Source: Monocercomonoides exilis PA203
Lineage: Eukaryota > Protista > Preaxostyla
Assembly (NCBI GenBank): GCA_001643675.2
Contig: LSRY02000019.1
Coordinates: forward strand, 1,488,001-1,552,000
Direction: 5' to 3'
DNA length: 64,000 bases
Shown: positions 17,660-31,200 of the stretch, piece by piece
Position numbering within the stretch: the first letter of the stretch is position 1
Layout: each line of letters opens with the position of its first letter
The notes under the pieces: generated by a model
Databases searched by the model: none
Seen by the model: the letters and a program-made list of their open reading frames with translations, nothing else
What the model was told of the DNA's origin: nothing
Translations under genes and position numbers: made by a program

Positions 17660-18849
17660 TTTCATGTTCGCGAAGTTATCTTGGAAAGTGATCTTTTTTC
17701 AAGTATTTGATAATCACACTCCAAAAAAAGTTATTTTTTTAAAAATCAAAATTTCTAGCACAATGATGAGTGTTAATGTACAAAAATATACAGTTGGTGT
17801 TAATAATGATGGACACTTTCAGCAACTGTGGACAATGGAATTATATCAACAACCGTTGAAGTTGTATTTTCACAATTAACTTTATTATTCCCTCAATTCA
17901 TATGAACCTAAATGACATAAAGAAATGAAACAACTTGGGACAAAATACTTGACTTCAGGCATTTTCATATCAAAAATTATGCACTTCTGAAAAGTTTTTT
18001 GTGATCTTAAAATATGGGTGATTATTTTTGATATCATAAAAAATTCCGACGTTTGATCATAAAAAATTTTCATTAAGGGTGGGGTTGAATCGAAAATATT
18101 TTTGTAAAATAATGAAAAAATATACATTAATATATTGCTAACATAATTTATTTGTTCATTTAAATTTGTTAACAATTGTTTTTGTAACTTATTTTGAAAA
18201 AAACATAAAAAATTTATTGGAAAACATCGATAATTCAATAAACACAACAAAACAAAAGTTTACTGGTTTTTCAAACATGTCAACAATAATCACAATTCAT
18301 AATTTATCAATTTTTTATATAAATATTTGTTTTATGATGTTATTACAAAGAAATTTAAAAATCAATTTTGAAGATCATAAAACTTTTGTTGAAATGAAAC
18401 AATTCACATTAACACATATAGAAAATGTGATAGCATAACAAGATATTTATCAGACATACAAATATTTGCTGTTTATTTTTCTATAAAAGCAAATAATACT
18501 TTGAAGAAGTTATTAAAATAAATTGACAAACAATTTTAAAATAAATTGCAATGAAATAATAAATAAATATAAGGAAATTGGGGAATTTTCATTTTTTTCA
18601 CTTTTAAAGCCTACAACTCTAATGATCTCATCTTTCTCATGCTCTGTCCTTCTTTTTGGCATTGCCTCAGTTGCTTGGTAAACATTCCATTCAACTATTT
18701 TTCTGAATATATTTCTCTGTGCTATTTCTTCCTCTTCGCAAATCACTTTAAAAGCAATACAGATATGTGATATAATTTCATTAAATTCTTCAACAGCCCT
18801 GCTTGGTTAAGTTTCAACGTTGATTTGAGGATGCATGGGTTCTTTTAGA

Positions 18850-20660
18850 AAGTGGAGAGGATGGTTTTCGGGCTGATAGCGATCCGCTCTTGGAGGCTGG
18901 TGCTGTGCGAAGAAGAAACACTGGGCAAAGCGGCTTGTGCAATGTTTTCACAGATCAAGTGCACTGAGATCAGCAGCGTGGTGGAGTTCAGCGGGTGTGC
19001 GATTGCGGGTGGAGAGAAGGGGAGCGGAGACGTGGGATACGTAAAGATTGCAGCTGTGCAAGAGGAGGCGGCGAGGCGGTTTGCCTTCGAGAACGTGGTG
19101 TTTGTCATTTGTGATAAAAAAAAGATAAAATCGTATTTGTGTTGGCCACCATGCTGTTGGCAGTGGTTGATACAGCCCATTTCAACTGGAATATACCCAA
19201 CTCCGATCTCAGTACCATCGATGAACTCAGCGGATTCGCGCTGGCTGCATATGTTCACACCTCACCCTCTCATTTTCAACATCCACTTCTCCTTCCACTC
19301 CTCCCACCGACCCCAACCTCGATGCAGACCTCCTCCCCTTCATCACCTTCCACAGCGCACACCAGATATTCGTCGATTAGGACACCTGCTCCTCTGCACT
19401 CCAGTGCGGCTCCCTGCCTTCCCCCTGCGCTTCCATCTCCACAAATGTGTTATGCATCTGCCGCTCAATAGAAAAATACCTCTGGATCAGCCCACTCTTC
19501 CCTCTTCTTCCTCCTCGACGGATAACTAGCTGTGTCCTCCTTCCTCTTTTCCGCGGCTGACCAGCTCGTCCGCCTCAACTCCACCCATCTTTGTTCTTGC
19601 TGAGGCACCCTTCACCTCTCCAACATATCTGAACATTCCCTCCACCTCACCTGCCCTGCTCTTCGTGCTCTCCCTGATTCCTATTTCTTTTTCTCCGATG
19701 CCAACCTCTACTCCCTCAGTGCTGCCTCGCCTGTGCTCCTATTCGACTATGACGTCAGCAACTTTGTTGAGCATCTCATCACCACTATTTATCCACTGAA
19801 TGATTCAGCGTGTTATTTTCATCTTTCTGTTTTAAATAAGTCAACAAGCTTCTTCAGCATGATGTTCTCCTTCTTCACTGCCGTCTCACAAACTGCACCA
19901 TCTCACAGAGCAAAGCTCACTCTACCCTTGAGCGTGCAGCCCTGTTCTGCTATTTCCCTTCAATCACACTCGAGGTCTGCTCAATAAATGCGGGCGCCCC
20001 ACAACCGCTACAAGTCTCCGCCAGCAACTCTTTATACGGCAGCAGCAACAGCAGCAGAGTGACCATTGAGCCAGATGCATCAGATGTACAATATGTACAA
20101 GAGGCACAAGAGAGTGTCTGCGAATGGAATACCTCTCTCATCCACTGCCAGAGCATCACAGCTGTCCACAAAGACACAAACATCTCTGGCGTACAGCTGG
20201 GCGCACTCTCTGCAACTGCAGGCAGCATCCGTATCGACCGCTGCGAATTCGCCAACAACAGCCTCTCCATCCCCTCCCTCTGGCCTGGCGATGCTTTCCT
20301 CCCCGCCTCCTCCTTGTGGTTCCTCAACCGCGGATGCACCCTCCACGGCATCCCCGCTCACTACCCTTCCCCACTCTTCGTCCCTGTGCTCAACAGCGCG
20401 CAAGTCAACCACACACCTGACAGCATGGCTCTCATGTTCAGCGGATTGCTCCTCGCTCCCTGCAATCTGTTATTTGCTGTTGTGAAGAGCAACCGCGAAG
20501 AGAAGGAGGTTGATAGGAACAAGTTTAATGCTAATGGATCATTGTCAGAAGGAGAATCTTAAGGAAGAGTGGCAAAGGACCTCATCAGCAGCTGTGAAAG
20601 TGAGATAGAGGTGAATGTGAGCATTTTGTTTGGATCGATAGCACAATCAACATCAACACT
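18850..20660 (+). pseudogene. Fragmented member of the expanded large-protein family seen elsewhere in the window
   Basis: Broken ORFs. The 3' part (LLLAPCNLLFAVVKS...EVNVSILFG) parallels 36245-36445 (LLLCNLSLKISMK...TEVSMSILFGK). Stops and frameshifts present. Confidence 0.45.
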
Positions 20661-21358
20661 GTTATTTATTCAACTCAATCTTTCCTCTTTAATCCATGTA
20701 AAATAATAACATATTGCAAAACTTCTTTAATTAATTGCCTTTTCCTCATTTTCAACTTTAACTTTCCTTTGCTCATTTAAATCATCCTTCCTCTGAAACT
20801 ATTCTTCTCAACAGCTAAAATGTCAGGAATGTTCGAAATAAGCAGCATCTTCGCCTTCTCCATTATCAGTTCTTCTCACATTCTCCTTTTTCGTCGCTTC
20901 TGTCGAATCTTCTTCTTTGTCGTGCGATCTCCAATTCTTTTTGTATCCTGAATGTAAAAAAAAGAATCATTTTGTAAATTAAAAATAATAATAACAAACC
21001 TCTGGAGAATGTTTGAAATCCGTTTTCAGTATTTTCCCTTCCAAATCTAAAGCATTCATCATTTTGGCGCGTCACTATCGCATTCAACCGTTTTGCAAGC
21101 AGATTCTTCAATAATCCTCTTTTTGGAGATCTTTTCTTATAACTTGTTTTCTCAATCAACCACGCTGCTTTATTGATCTCTTTTCCTTTTTTTAAAACTT
21201 TGATAATAATCATTTCTCTTTTTGCATCTTGGAATCTCTGTCAATTTTTCATTCCCAATGCTGTCTTTGGCTTTTTTACATAAATTCTCTTTTGGAGATT
21301 TCAATCATTACATGTTTCTTTCTCCTCTTCCTCATCTTTATCATCACCATCTTCTTCC

Positions 21359-21393
<35 letters not shown>

Positions 21394-22949
21394 TTCCTCT
21401 TCTTCTTCCTCTTCCTCTTCTTCTCATTAAATTCATTTTTATCCATTCGTTCAGGTATGATGCAAAGGAAGGCTCCCCCAACCCGTATGCCCTGACACTC
21501 GCAGCCGGACTGAACAATTGTCATGCCCAAATGATAAACTTTGATGATTCATCAGTTATTGAAAACTTGTTGGCTGAATGGAAACAATAGAAATCAAATG
21601 AAATTCTTCTGAAACATGGTTTGCAGCGCGTGGGAGAAGGAATAAAGCACTTTGGGGTTCAAAGGAAGGAGAAAGACATGAGGAGTCATTTTGGATGATT
21701 GAAGAATGCATGAATGAATCAAACGTGATTGAATGCTGCGAGTGGAGCAGTGCAGCCTCCTGTACGATATTCTTTCAGTGGGAGAAGGATATCAAAGAAG
21801 AAGAAGAATGTTGTTATAAACTTGAAGAATGAAGAAGATCTGTCAGAATCAACATATTTATAGCTTGTGGAAGCTCTGGTTGTGCTTGTGATGTTGCACA
21901 AAGAAGATGTACCATACATTGAGAATATTTGAGGAAAAAGAGCATTTGCTGGAATTCAATGTCAGATATAGAGGAATACTGGAGCAAAAGAGAGGAGGAG
22001 AAGGAGATCTGGAGGGTGATGGGGTAGAAATAAATTCAGATGATAATAGGAGGTGGAGGAAAAAGAGATGTCTTTTGTTGGAAATATGAAAGTATATTTA
22101 TTTTTTGGATGAAGGGAGCTTTACTAACTCGAACAAAGTGGAGATGAAGCTATTGGTGAATAGCTGATCTGAGAAAGAAGAAGATGAAGAAGGCGATGGG
22201 GATGAAGAGAAGAAATGTTGAGCAGCCTATGAGGAGAGGAAATCTGGTTGTATTGGGAATGAACAGTTACTTGTATCACAGAAATATCTGTTGTAGCAGA
22301 TAGTGTGGTGGAAATGGCTTTTTGTTCAGTCTTTTTCGTCAGCTCTGATTCCAATGACGACAGAAATGCTGGAAAGAGCACGTAAAAAAGAAACATTGCA
22401 CACGCTTAGAAGAAGATAAATGAAATAAAACGTGAAAAGTTATGGCTCATATCTTTTTGCATCAATTGATTGAAAAAATGAAAATGAGAGTTTGAATAAG
22501 TTAAAATAAAAAATAACAAGAAATATGATAAAAATAATGAAAACAATATGATAAAAATATGACAAACTTTATCAAGTCAGGAATTGCACCTTTATCACTT
22601 CTTGATCAGAACATATTGGTTATTGATTGCGCCAGTACAATCAGACTAGAAAGATAAAGCGTCTCAATGATTTTTCTTCCAAAGTTGTTCAGTGAGCGAT
22701 CCGCTGCAGGTTGTCAATTAGCACTTTCACAAAATGACCTTTGAAATCAACACAAAAATCCTTCAAAAAAAAATCACATTTCACAATAAAAAAGAAAGTT
22801 CAAAGTCAAAAGTTTTGAAATATAATTAGAATATGAAGTTAAAATAAAAGTCAATAAAATAATAATAATAATATTTCTTTGTTTAATCAAAAGAAAATCA
22901 ACACAAACATCTATTCCAATCTTCTCCATCACCTACATTGATCCACCTG

Positions 22950-25900
22950 AAATTCTGTTCATTACTCTCGCTGAGTTTAAAATCTCCTCCTCCTCCTCCT
23001 TCAAAATCTCTGCTTTTCTGTCTTTTCTCATCTTAAAAAATCCAGGTTGTCTTGCATTAAAAAATGCCAAATAATCCAGAATATAGCTGTATTCACTCAC
23101 TGTTCTCGCAAATCTTGCTTCTCATGGTGTGCCTGACTTTCTCTCTTCTTCAAACTCTTTTTCCTGTGATATGAATTGTGTCTTCTTTTCATTCGCAATT
23201 CTATTTAACCATATGATAGACTTCTTTACCGACGTATCTGCCCCATTCAACACAAACAGCTAAGAATCCAATGCAGACCGATTTATCCTGAGATGTATAC
23301 ATTTCCCGCTCTTCCTCTGTTGCTTCTGTCGCATTCTTCAGTAACTGGTCTGTGTTGTCGCAAAATTCCAACCCCACAAAGCTTTCCATACTCTCTTCTA
23401 TTGTATCCTTCCAGACAATGCGAAAAACCGTGTAGGTTAGAGAACTTTACAAGGGGGTCCGCACCTAAAACTAGCTAGTCATTCGTCGTACACTTCTCAC
23501 TAACAGTGAGTATGTCGTCGTAAACAATCAAGTTCTCATTCAGCGCATAAAACAGGTTCGTGTGCACATCCAACTACGCACACGAAATATACAGCGTGCG
23601 CTCAATATTCACTAACGGAATCTTCTTCGTCTGCTCTCGACTCTTAAGCTTCCAAAACAAGTCCATCACATGTTGAGAACCAGACGGAAGCAGCTGCGTT
23701 GACACGTGCTGAGAGCCATTGTGGCAGACGCGCTAAGTATTCCACACATGTTGTGAGTATCGGAAGATGTTAATCTTATTCTCTTCTGATCTGCTCCGTT
23801 TCTCCCTTCAAACTTCCTCTGTATAACGAACGCTGCTGACGCGCCTTCCTCTCCTTCCCTCCCAACTCTCGCATCCCTTGTTCATCTTTCTTCTTCTTCT
23901 TCTTCAGCAGCGATCATAATTAGCAGATATTGTTAATTTCGTCTTTTTCGTTCTCGAAAATTGAATAATATTCAACTGAATATGTTTTGTGACTTTACAA
24001 GAAGGAAGATCCATCTGTTTCATCTGTATTTGCTGCTTCTGTTGTTGTGTAACTTTCATCGCTCTCAAAATTGTTCACGTTTCGCCCATGATGCCAATTT
24101 TTATGCCAATCCCTCAGATGCCAAGCCATATACCCATCCTCCTCCTCCGTCTCTTCTTTTCTTTTTCTTCCTTTTATCATTCATTGACTCAATCGATTAC
24201 TCGTATATTTATTTCCTCTTTTCTCCAGTGCAAAGAAATTATTCAGCCTTCTTCAAGATATGCTCCCCTCACCTAGCTGCTCATTCTAATTTGTGATGAA
24301 GCACTTCCTCAACTCTTTATCCTTCGCATCTTCCACTTCTACGTTTGTTCCAATCCCATCTTGCAACATACCAGTCTCTGCCCGCGCGTCTCCTTCGTCT
24401 GCTCTCTGTCTTCTTGAGCCACCATCTTCTTTACGAGCTTCTTCATCCACGACTTCTTCTCTGGCTTCAGAATCTGAAACTTCATGCTGTCAATTTCATT
24501 CTCCTCAAAATCAGCTGTTATTCGGAATAGACCTAGCTTTCTGTATTTATACACGTCACATTCTGTTCTTCCACAATCTTCACCACAGCATCTGTCAGAT
24601 AGTCTTCCATGCAACGCAGTGTGTCTTCCTCGTAGAATGAGGAAACTGGCTTCAAAACGATTGTAAACTCATTTGCCACAGTAAACTTCACGCCGTTTGA
24701 ACACCTCCTCCGTTCTGAATTGCACCTCTTGTCCAAAGAGCCGACAACATCTGCGAGTTAATAGGAGGAGAAGGCACTTCTGAAGCTGCTGCTGCTGATG
24801 ATGGTGATGACACTCAGAAAAAAAGATAGAAATCCAATAGAAAACATTAGAAACGATGGAGAAGACAAAGCCTAATGATCTTCCTCATATCGAAGTCCAA
24901 GCTCCGAATCCAGAGTCCAGCTGAGCGGAATCCCTTTGTTCCGTCAGCTCCTCCATCTTCTGCCGAAAAACTTATAACAAGACTGTCACCCTTTGGATAC
25001 AGAGATGTCTTTTCTTTTTAACTTCTCGCTGTTGCGTGCAATAACCTCCTTCCCACTTCCTTCCCGCAGAAATGATCTCCAAACTCCACTAGCCTCCATC
25101 TCTCTCATTCTTTGCTCTTCCTTCCTTCTCTGATATCTTCTCATCTTCTTTTGGAAAATCCAAAGATCTCCTTACCACATTCTTCATTTCATCTTCTTTT
25201 TCTGCAGATTTCTTTCCTTGCCTCTTCTCTCATCTGCCTCGAAAGCATCGTCTCGCTCATCTCCATCGCCCTTCTCTTCGCGTTCTTCTCTCCCATCTTT
25301 CGGTTCAGCCCCCGCCTTACCTCCCGCATCTTCACTGCACCTTCCCTCCGCTCCCGCTCCTTCTCGTCCTCCCGCAGCATCACTGACACCTTGAACTCTT
25401 CCCCCACAATCATCTTCTTCTGCACCGTCGTCACACGCGAAAGCTCCGATTCCTTAAAGAACCCCCCCCCCCCCCCCCCCCCGCGGCTTCAGCAGCAACA
25501 GCGTCGTCGACACCCCTTCTGCTGCCCCAGCTGTCCGCACTGTCTTTCGTAGCTTATCAAACTCCCGCATCCGCGCCAGGTTCTGCCGCTGCTCCTGCAT
25601 CTTCTGCTCAAACAGCCCAATCGACTCCTGCATTTTGTTCTTCGACTGTCAACTCTCGGCACGCTATGTTTCAGCTTATCACCAACCAAATTGACGCACA
25701 CCAACGCCGCACCATCTGTTTTCTGCTCGCAATTCTGAGACTAGCATATTCACCAGACGCGTCTGCTTCGTCAAAATAAGCCATGTGTTAATGTTATTTG
25801 CATCTGAATCAGAAGAAAAATAAAATAAAATCATGAAATGGCCTTCAAATTATAAATATTTAGTTCAAAATTGATAAAAAAAATATAATGATTTTATTAA

Positions 25901-26300
25901 ATAGATTGAACAAAATAACCTTTCTGATTTTCTATTCTGCCCCTTTCTATTCTCATTCCTTTATCTCTCCTCCTTCTTTAGTTCTCGGTCGTTTCCTTTC
26001 TTTGCAGTTCAGCTTCTGTAACAAATATCTCCCTTGTCCTGCATCCAATCGAAGCATTCTTTAGATTTTCTTGCTCTTTCGCAGCTGTCTTCCGCCAATA
26101 AACAATTGAATTCCCCGTCTCATTGCATTAGCCACAACGCGCTGTGAAAGCACTTTCACATTAAAAATATGCCACTTCTTCAATAATAGCTGCAACTCGC
26201 CAAGAAGATGAATGAATGAATGATATTTCATTCGTCTTGTTGGCGCACGAGCAGCAGAGTGAACTTAATCAGTGCCAGAAAATATGTTCGCTTGAAAGCA
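22950..26300 (-). pseudogene. Decayed coding remnant, probably the same expanded family with a kinase-like C-terminal part
   Basis: Coding-like base composition, many short broken minus-strand ORFs (e.g. ESFVGLEFCD), no intact frame. Confidence 0.3.
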
Positions 26301-26513
26301 GCATCTGAAGAATTCCCCAATAAAAAAAAAACTTTTCCAATGAAGCTGCAACGCAAGATAAATACAGGCTAATTGCGTGACAATTAGATACCACTGAACG
26401 TACAAATATAAAATAAAAAAATTTTGAATTTATTTTGACATATTTTATAAGAAAAATGGTAAATAAAAAATATATTTGAGAAATAATAGCACTACAACAA
26501 ACATTAAAAAACA

Positions 26514-27366
26514 GAAAGTTAAAGCAAACCTTTAAAAAGTTGGAAAAGCAAGTAGTTTTGAAAAAATGAAAGAAACAAAACTCCAGCTTTAATCAGAACC
26601 ATATCTTTTTGAAATTTTGAATATTTAATGAAAAAAAAAACAAATTTCTGAAAATTTTAAATTGTTTGTCTAATTGTTATATACGTGATAAGAGTCAGAA
26701 AAATGTGGAAAGATTGCACATATACGGACCCTTTTGATCATAGAACCATAATAATATTTATTAGGTTTAAATGAATTCTTTTTCTGACTATTGCAGTTGT
26801 TTTAGGGTTAGGGTTATCACAAAATTCTTCTTTAAAAAGTTGTTTTAGGTCGTAGGGTTGTGCCTCGAATCTTCTTTTTAGGGTTTTGATGAAAAAAGTG
26901 AGGTTTTGTATGGACTAAATATTTAGGGTTAGAGATATAGATAAAAGAATAAGTGAAAATAGAACCCTTTGGGGTGTAGTAATAGCACAACAGGTTAGGG
27001 TGTTGGAACAGGACGAGAAGGATGCGGGTTCGATTCCTCCCGTATTCTTCTTTTTTTTGCAAAAATTTTCAAAAAATTAAAGGTCCGCATAAGTGCATTC
27101 TTGCCAAAAATGTTTTTTTTGATTTTTCAAACGTTGTATTTGAAGAGCATCAGCTCTTTTTCTTTGTCCAAACAATGGCGATCACAAAATGACAGAATCC
27201 TCAGGGGTCTTTTTTTTGCATTAAATGATTGTTTTCACCATTTTAACTTCATCAATAGCCAAAAAACTGCATTCTTCTACCTGCAATTTTCGCCCTTTAA
27301 CGCTTATTTTTTTGATCTTTTTGACCCCTTGGAAATTCGGATCATGGGTCAGATCCTTTTTTCATT
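26514..27366 (+). repeat. Left TIR (~853 bp)
   Basis: Inverted copy of 32279-33130. Confidence 0.95.
27017..27058 (+). promoter_or_regulatory. Pol III B-box within a 12-bp hairpin followed by T8 (mirrored in the right TIR at ~32587-32628)
   Basis: GGTTCGATTCC at 27027-27037. Stem GAAGGATGCGGG/CCCGTATTCTTC. TTTTTTTT at 27051-27058. Confidence 0.5.
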
Positions 27367-28117
27367 CAAACTTTTGAAAATTTTTTTGAAAAGATTTTGC
27401 AATTAAATGGTTCTTATTTCACAACTATCGATGGTTTTGTTGTAACACTTTCATTAAATGTTTTCAAACATCAATTTACCATTGTATTGAGATTTCATAG
27501 AAAATCAGTGAAATGAAAAAAAATACGTTAAAAAAATAACAATCGTTTTCAATCAAAATGACATAAACAAACAAAAAGTACTTCATGAAATTAATCATTA
27601 TAAAAATTGAAAACAGTCAGAAATTTTCAAATCAGATTCAATAATATTCAATTAAACATAATTCTATCACATAATCATAAAAGCAATCACCAAATATCAA
27701 CTAAATATCAACAATTTTGAACAATGAAAAATATAAGAAGAAATAGCACTATTTCAACAAATTCATGGTATCAAAGACAATTCCAAACAAAAAAAAATAC
27801 TTTTATAAAAAGTTCAAAAACTAACTTGTCTATTTTCCCTCTGTTTTCCATCCACTCTCCCCTTTCTGATATTTCTCTCACTTTGACTCAAAAAGATCAA
27901 ATCCAACAAAGAAAAAAGACAAACACAATGATAAAACAACATTTCACACTCTCGTCAACTCTCCCTTCCAAAAACCTCACTCAAAGATCTATGAATTCCC
28001 TCATAACTCTATCTATTAATGAATCTCGATATATACATATATAAGCGGGACAATAACCAATTTAATTATAGGGACATTATAGGGACAAAAAGCACAAGAA
28101 AACAATCGGATTCTAAC

Positions 28118-28245
28118 TGTTGTGCACCTGGGAGGCTGTTCGTCGTATCCAGGTCCGGATAAAGCAGCCCGAAGGCTGCAATATCTAATACGAACAGTCA
28201 TGTCCAGCACCCTTCCGATAGAGTGCCAGCTAAGCATACACAACA
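28118..28245 (-). ncRNA. Putative structured RNA directly 3' of the transposase stop, copy 1
   Basis: Closing stem UGUUGUGUA/UGCACAACA, hairpin CUGGCACUCU/AGGGUGCUGG, stem GACUGUUCGU/ACGAACAGCC, GCAGCC-UUCG-GGCUGC hairpin, and possible pseudoknot ACCUGG/CCAGGU. Confidence 0.6.
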
Positions 28246-28254
28246 ACTAGTTTC

Positions 28255-31200
28255 TTAATAGGGGACACCATTAATACAATTTTGAGATTCATTAATAGAA
28301 GAAGAGTCAAGAAGAAGCTCAAATCTCCTTGAAAGAAGATCTTGAGAAGATTGAGAAAGAAGAGAAGAGTTAGATGATGTGATATCAGAGTGAAATGACT
28401 TCCTTGTTCGTTGAACCTTTTCTTTCATTGTCGAAGATTCGAGGGCAACCAGAGAGCGTTGAGGAAGATATCCAACAGCTGAAGCACAGACAAATGAGCC
28501 TTTGCGCTCAAAATACAAGTAGTCCTTCATGTGAGGGACTGACAGCGATGGCCATGAAATTTGCTGAGATGGTACATACTCTTCAAAGAACCTCTCATGC
28601 TCAAAGTCATTGACAGTTGATGATGATGGAGAAGAATTTGATGATGATGTTGAGAAAATGTTTGATTGAGAAGTTGAAGAAGCTGATGTCGAAGTGTTCA
28701 TATTGTTTTCGAAGAAGTCGATCAAATCATGAAGTGTGGTGATGTGTTCAGTCGAAAGATTGTTGTCGATTGCATTCACTAACGCACCAAATTCACTATC
28801 ACAGATATTTTTTCCATGGTGCTCAGCGAAGAAGTTGAGTTGAGTGTTTTTCTTTTTCAAAAGTTTTGATTGTTTGGAGAGGATGAAGTGAAGAAGGAAG
28901 CGATTTCGGTTGTGTGGACCTGAATCGCAGAAGAACTTAAAAGTGTGAGTGTCTGAGAAGAAGTGTCTTTTGATCACAGATTCCAGACACTCAATAACAA
29001 ATCTGTGATCATTCGAGAGGCAGTCGGAGAAGAAGTTGAATGTTCTTTTTATTTGTTGATTATTAATTTTTTGAAGAGAGATGATTGCGAATTGAGAAAC
29101 TTGTTGATAGTTGAAGAATTCCTGTTGAAGTTGGTTCTTTCTGATAGGGAGTTTCCACTTCTCTTTGAAGTCGAAGACGAAGACTGCTTCTCCCTCTTTC
29201 AGATTATCAACAGTAGATTGATAATGTTTTCGTTGCATTTCTGCAACAAGTCTGTGTTGACGAAGTAATTTAAGTGTATGAAACTCAGCAGAAGAAAGTC
29301 CATTTTTGTTTTGTGAAGATTTGAGTTTATTCTCCAGATAGTTGAGTTTCTCGCACATTCCGCAGAGATCCGTTCGTCTTTTCGCTTTGGAGAAGTTTGT
29401 TGTCAGCTTGTTGAAATGGGAAAGAGAAACTTTGATGTTTGTTTCTTCTGTGAACTCACTCCATAATTTCGTCTTGGGCTTGAAGATCAATCTCTTTTCA
29501 TTCGGAGAAAAGATGCCCGTTTTCTTTCTTTTATCTTTCAGTGCTTCCAATACATAATTTGTTGAAATTGACGAAGAGAGTGGAGGAATGGAAGTTGAAC
29601 GATGTGGTGGTGTGATGAATGAAGATGACGTTGTCGTGGTTGTTGCTGACGATGATGATAAGTTATTTGAAGTGTTCAAATTTGATGTTTCTGAAGAAGA
29701 TGATGAACCACCAAATTGAAGTGTTGACAGTGTTGGTTTTGTTTTTTCCTTGATATAGAATGAGAGTGATGGAGTGAAACCTTGTGAGTGAAGATTATTC
29801 CATGATGAATTCCAATTATCATTATCAAATTCTGTCATATCAGCATCATTGCAAACATTCCATTTGATATCATGTCCATTCTTCCTTTTTACAACAGCAA
29901 TGTAGTGTCCATTTCTTTGATCCAAACGCTTAAATAGTATTTGTCCAGAAAGATGATAAATAATCGTTTCCTGATTATCTTTTTGAAGATGTTGAATTCT
30001 TTCTGTTGAAAACCCTTTGCAGAAAGTGCGCTGGTTAACACGATCTGTTTCTATTAGAATTGTTCTTGAAGGAGCAGAACTAGCAACATCAGTGCATTCA
30101 TGACAGAGGGCTAGCACCTCTGGAAATGCAGCCATTTCCTCCCATCTCGCAGCACAGCATTTTTAGTTGCATTTATTGCAATAAACACAATTCTTTCCAT
30201 CCAAAACTTCAGTTGCAAAGAGAGAAGATAGTCCATTATGAGTCGAGGAAGAATTGATAACGACATTGTTACAAATTTCATTGAAGTTTGATGTGATTTG
30301 TTGGCATTTTTGGCATTTGATATGAGTGATAAAAACAGGATTGAAGGTGTCCTTGCTTATCAACTCATCTTTTTGAAGAAGTCTGTGAAGATTTTCAAAC
30401 GCCTCAGTAACATTTTGTTGCTGTCTGCTGCCAAAGTTGCAGAAATTTTCCCATTTGTCAATAAGAGATGGGACCCATGAACGCACTGCCGTTCCATCTT
30501 TAGCCAATTGTTTACAAACACTTATAACACGAGAAGATGTGTTCTTCAAAGATGTTTGTTTTTTGAATAAAGATGGTTTTTGCGTGATGATAGAAGACAT
30601 GCATTGAAGAAGAGATGCAAGATAGCATGTGTTGCCTAAGTTTGGCAATCCTTTTGCTATTTGTGATGATTTATTTGAAGAATATAATGAATTTGAAGTA
30701 GATTGAGAATGAGAATGATTTTTTATTGAATTTTCTTTAGCATTCTTTTTTGAAATATTTTTTGAAGAATTGTTTTGAATAGATATTTCATTATTTGAAG
30801 ATTGAATGCTTTGTTGTTGAACTGTTGAAGTGTAATTGTTTTTTGAAAATGAAGAAAAGAGGGTTTGAAATGCTTGAGGTGGAATTAATGTGGGTGAAGT
30901 GGCATAATCAACTAATTGCTCACTCACAAACACATTATCATTATGAAATGATGAAGAATTTATTTTTTCTTTCAATTTTTTTGTATTTGAAATTTGTGAA
31001 GAAGTTTTAGATTTGAATATTTTGTGAATTGGTATTGGAGATGGAGAAGAATGATGTTTGTTATTTGAATTTTTATTTTGATTTTTTGTTGAACCCCTTT
31101 CTCTCCTAATTGGAGTGTTGATTGGAGCATCAACAGCTTGAGAAGAAGAAGTATTGAAAGAAGGAGAATTTTTTTCTTACTCGATGTTCGATTTTTTGTT

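Noticed and set aside
26970-27050. A true tRNA gene in the TIR
   Set aside because: Has a B-box but no acceptor stem or anticodon arm.
28255-30135. TnpB/Fanzor or IscB nuclease as the partner of the structured RNA
   Set aside because: No RuvC-I/II/III plus zinc-finger arrangement or HNH motif is recognisable. The motifs fit a Sola-like DDD core.
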